DNA of 64,000 bases from Thermodesulfobacteriota bacterium (GTDB taxonomy: Bacteria; Desulfobacterota_D; UBA1144; Nemesobacterales; UBA2774), in contig OZ244991.1 of NCBI GenBank assembly GCA_965223335.1, positions 2,336,001 to 2,400,000 on the forward strand, in the 5' to 3' direction. The position numbers and the translations under genes were made by a program. Of this stretch, positions 63,966 to 64,000 are shown in pieces. The first letter of the stretch is position 1; the number at the start of each line of letters is the position of its first letter. Below the pieces are notes generated by a model. The model was not told the origin of the DNA. It was given only the letters and a program-made list of their open reading frames with translations, and did not search any database.

Positions 63966-64000
63966 GTCCCGACATTACGGCAATGGCGTATAGAAAATAA
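63966..64000 (+). repeat. family A beta start, truncated by window end
   Basis: CCCGACATTACGGCAATGGCGTATAGAAAATAA. Confidence 0.8.

Noticed and set aside
1076..64000. Integron attC sites separating gene cassettes
   Set aside because: No RYYYAAC/GTTRRRY ends, no integron integrase, and the repeats interrupt a conserved operon and ignore gene orientation

Overview
Bacterial chromosomal window, mostly accessory genes, with no rRNA, tRNA or cas genes seen. Most CDSs lie on the minus strand and the plus strand looks C-rich. The IPTL-CTERM and Gly-rich/Cys-CTERM surface proteins suggest a Desulfobacterota/Dadabacteria-like organism (weak inference). Coding content: a CP-ATP-grasp/alpha-E/Anbu peptidase/transglutaminase operon; a REP-associated HUH Y1 transposase (RAYT); four Cys-tailed MarR paralogs, one divergent from a small thioredoxin-like gene; three MglA-like GTPases; five tandem paralogous IPTL-CTERM surface proteins; large TolB-like/FG-GAP/DUF11 surface proteins; and assorted enzymes. 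The most striking content is non-coding. About 20 intergenic spaces hold mosaics built from a few modules. Family A is a ~180-nt three-hairpin element, about 17 near-complete copies in at least 5 sequence variants, whose stems covary while internal loops stay fixed, and which recurs with a ~250-nt tandem period. Family B is a GGGGTCTGTCCC..GGACTGACCCC REP-like hairpin, more than 25 copies. Family C forms 48-57-nt CRISPR-looking mini-arrays. Every copy of these families points the same way regardless of flanking gene direction. This may be an undescribed RAYT-linked or otherwise mobile structured-RNA/ssDNA repeat system. All calls come from reading the sequence by eye; no searches or folding programs were run.
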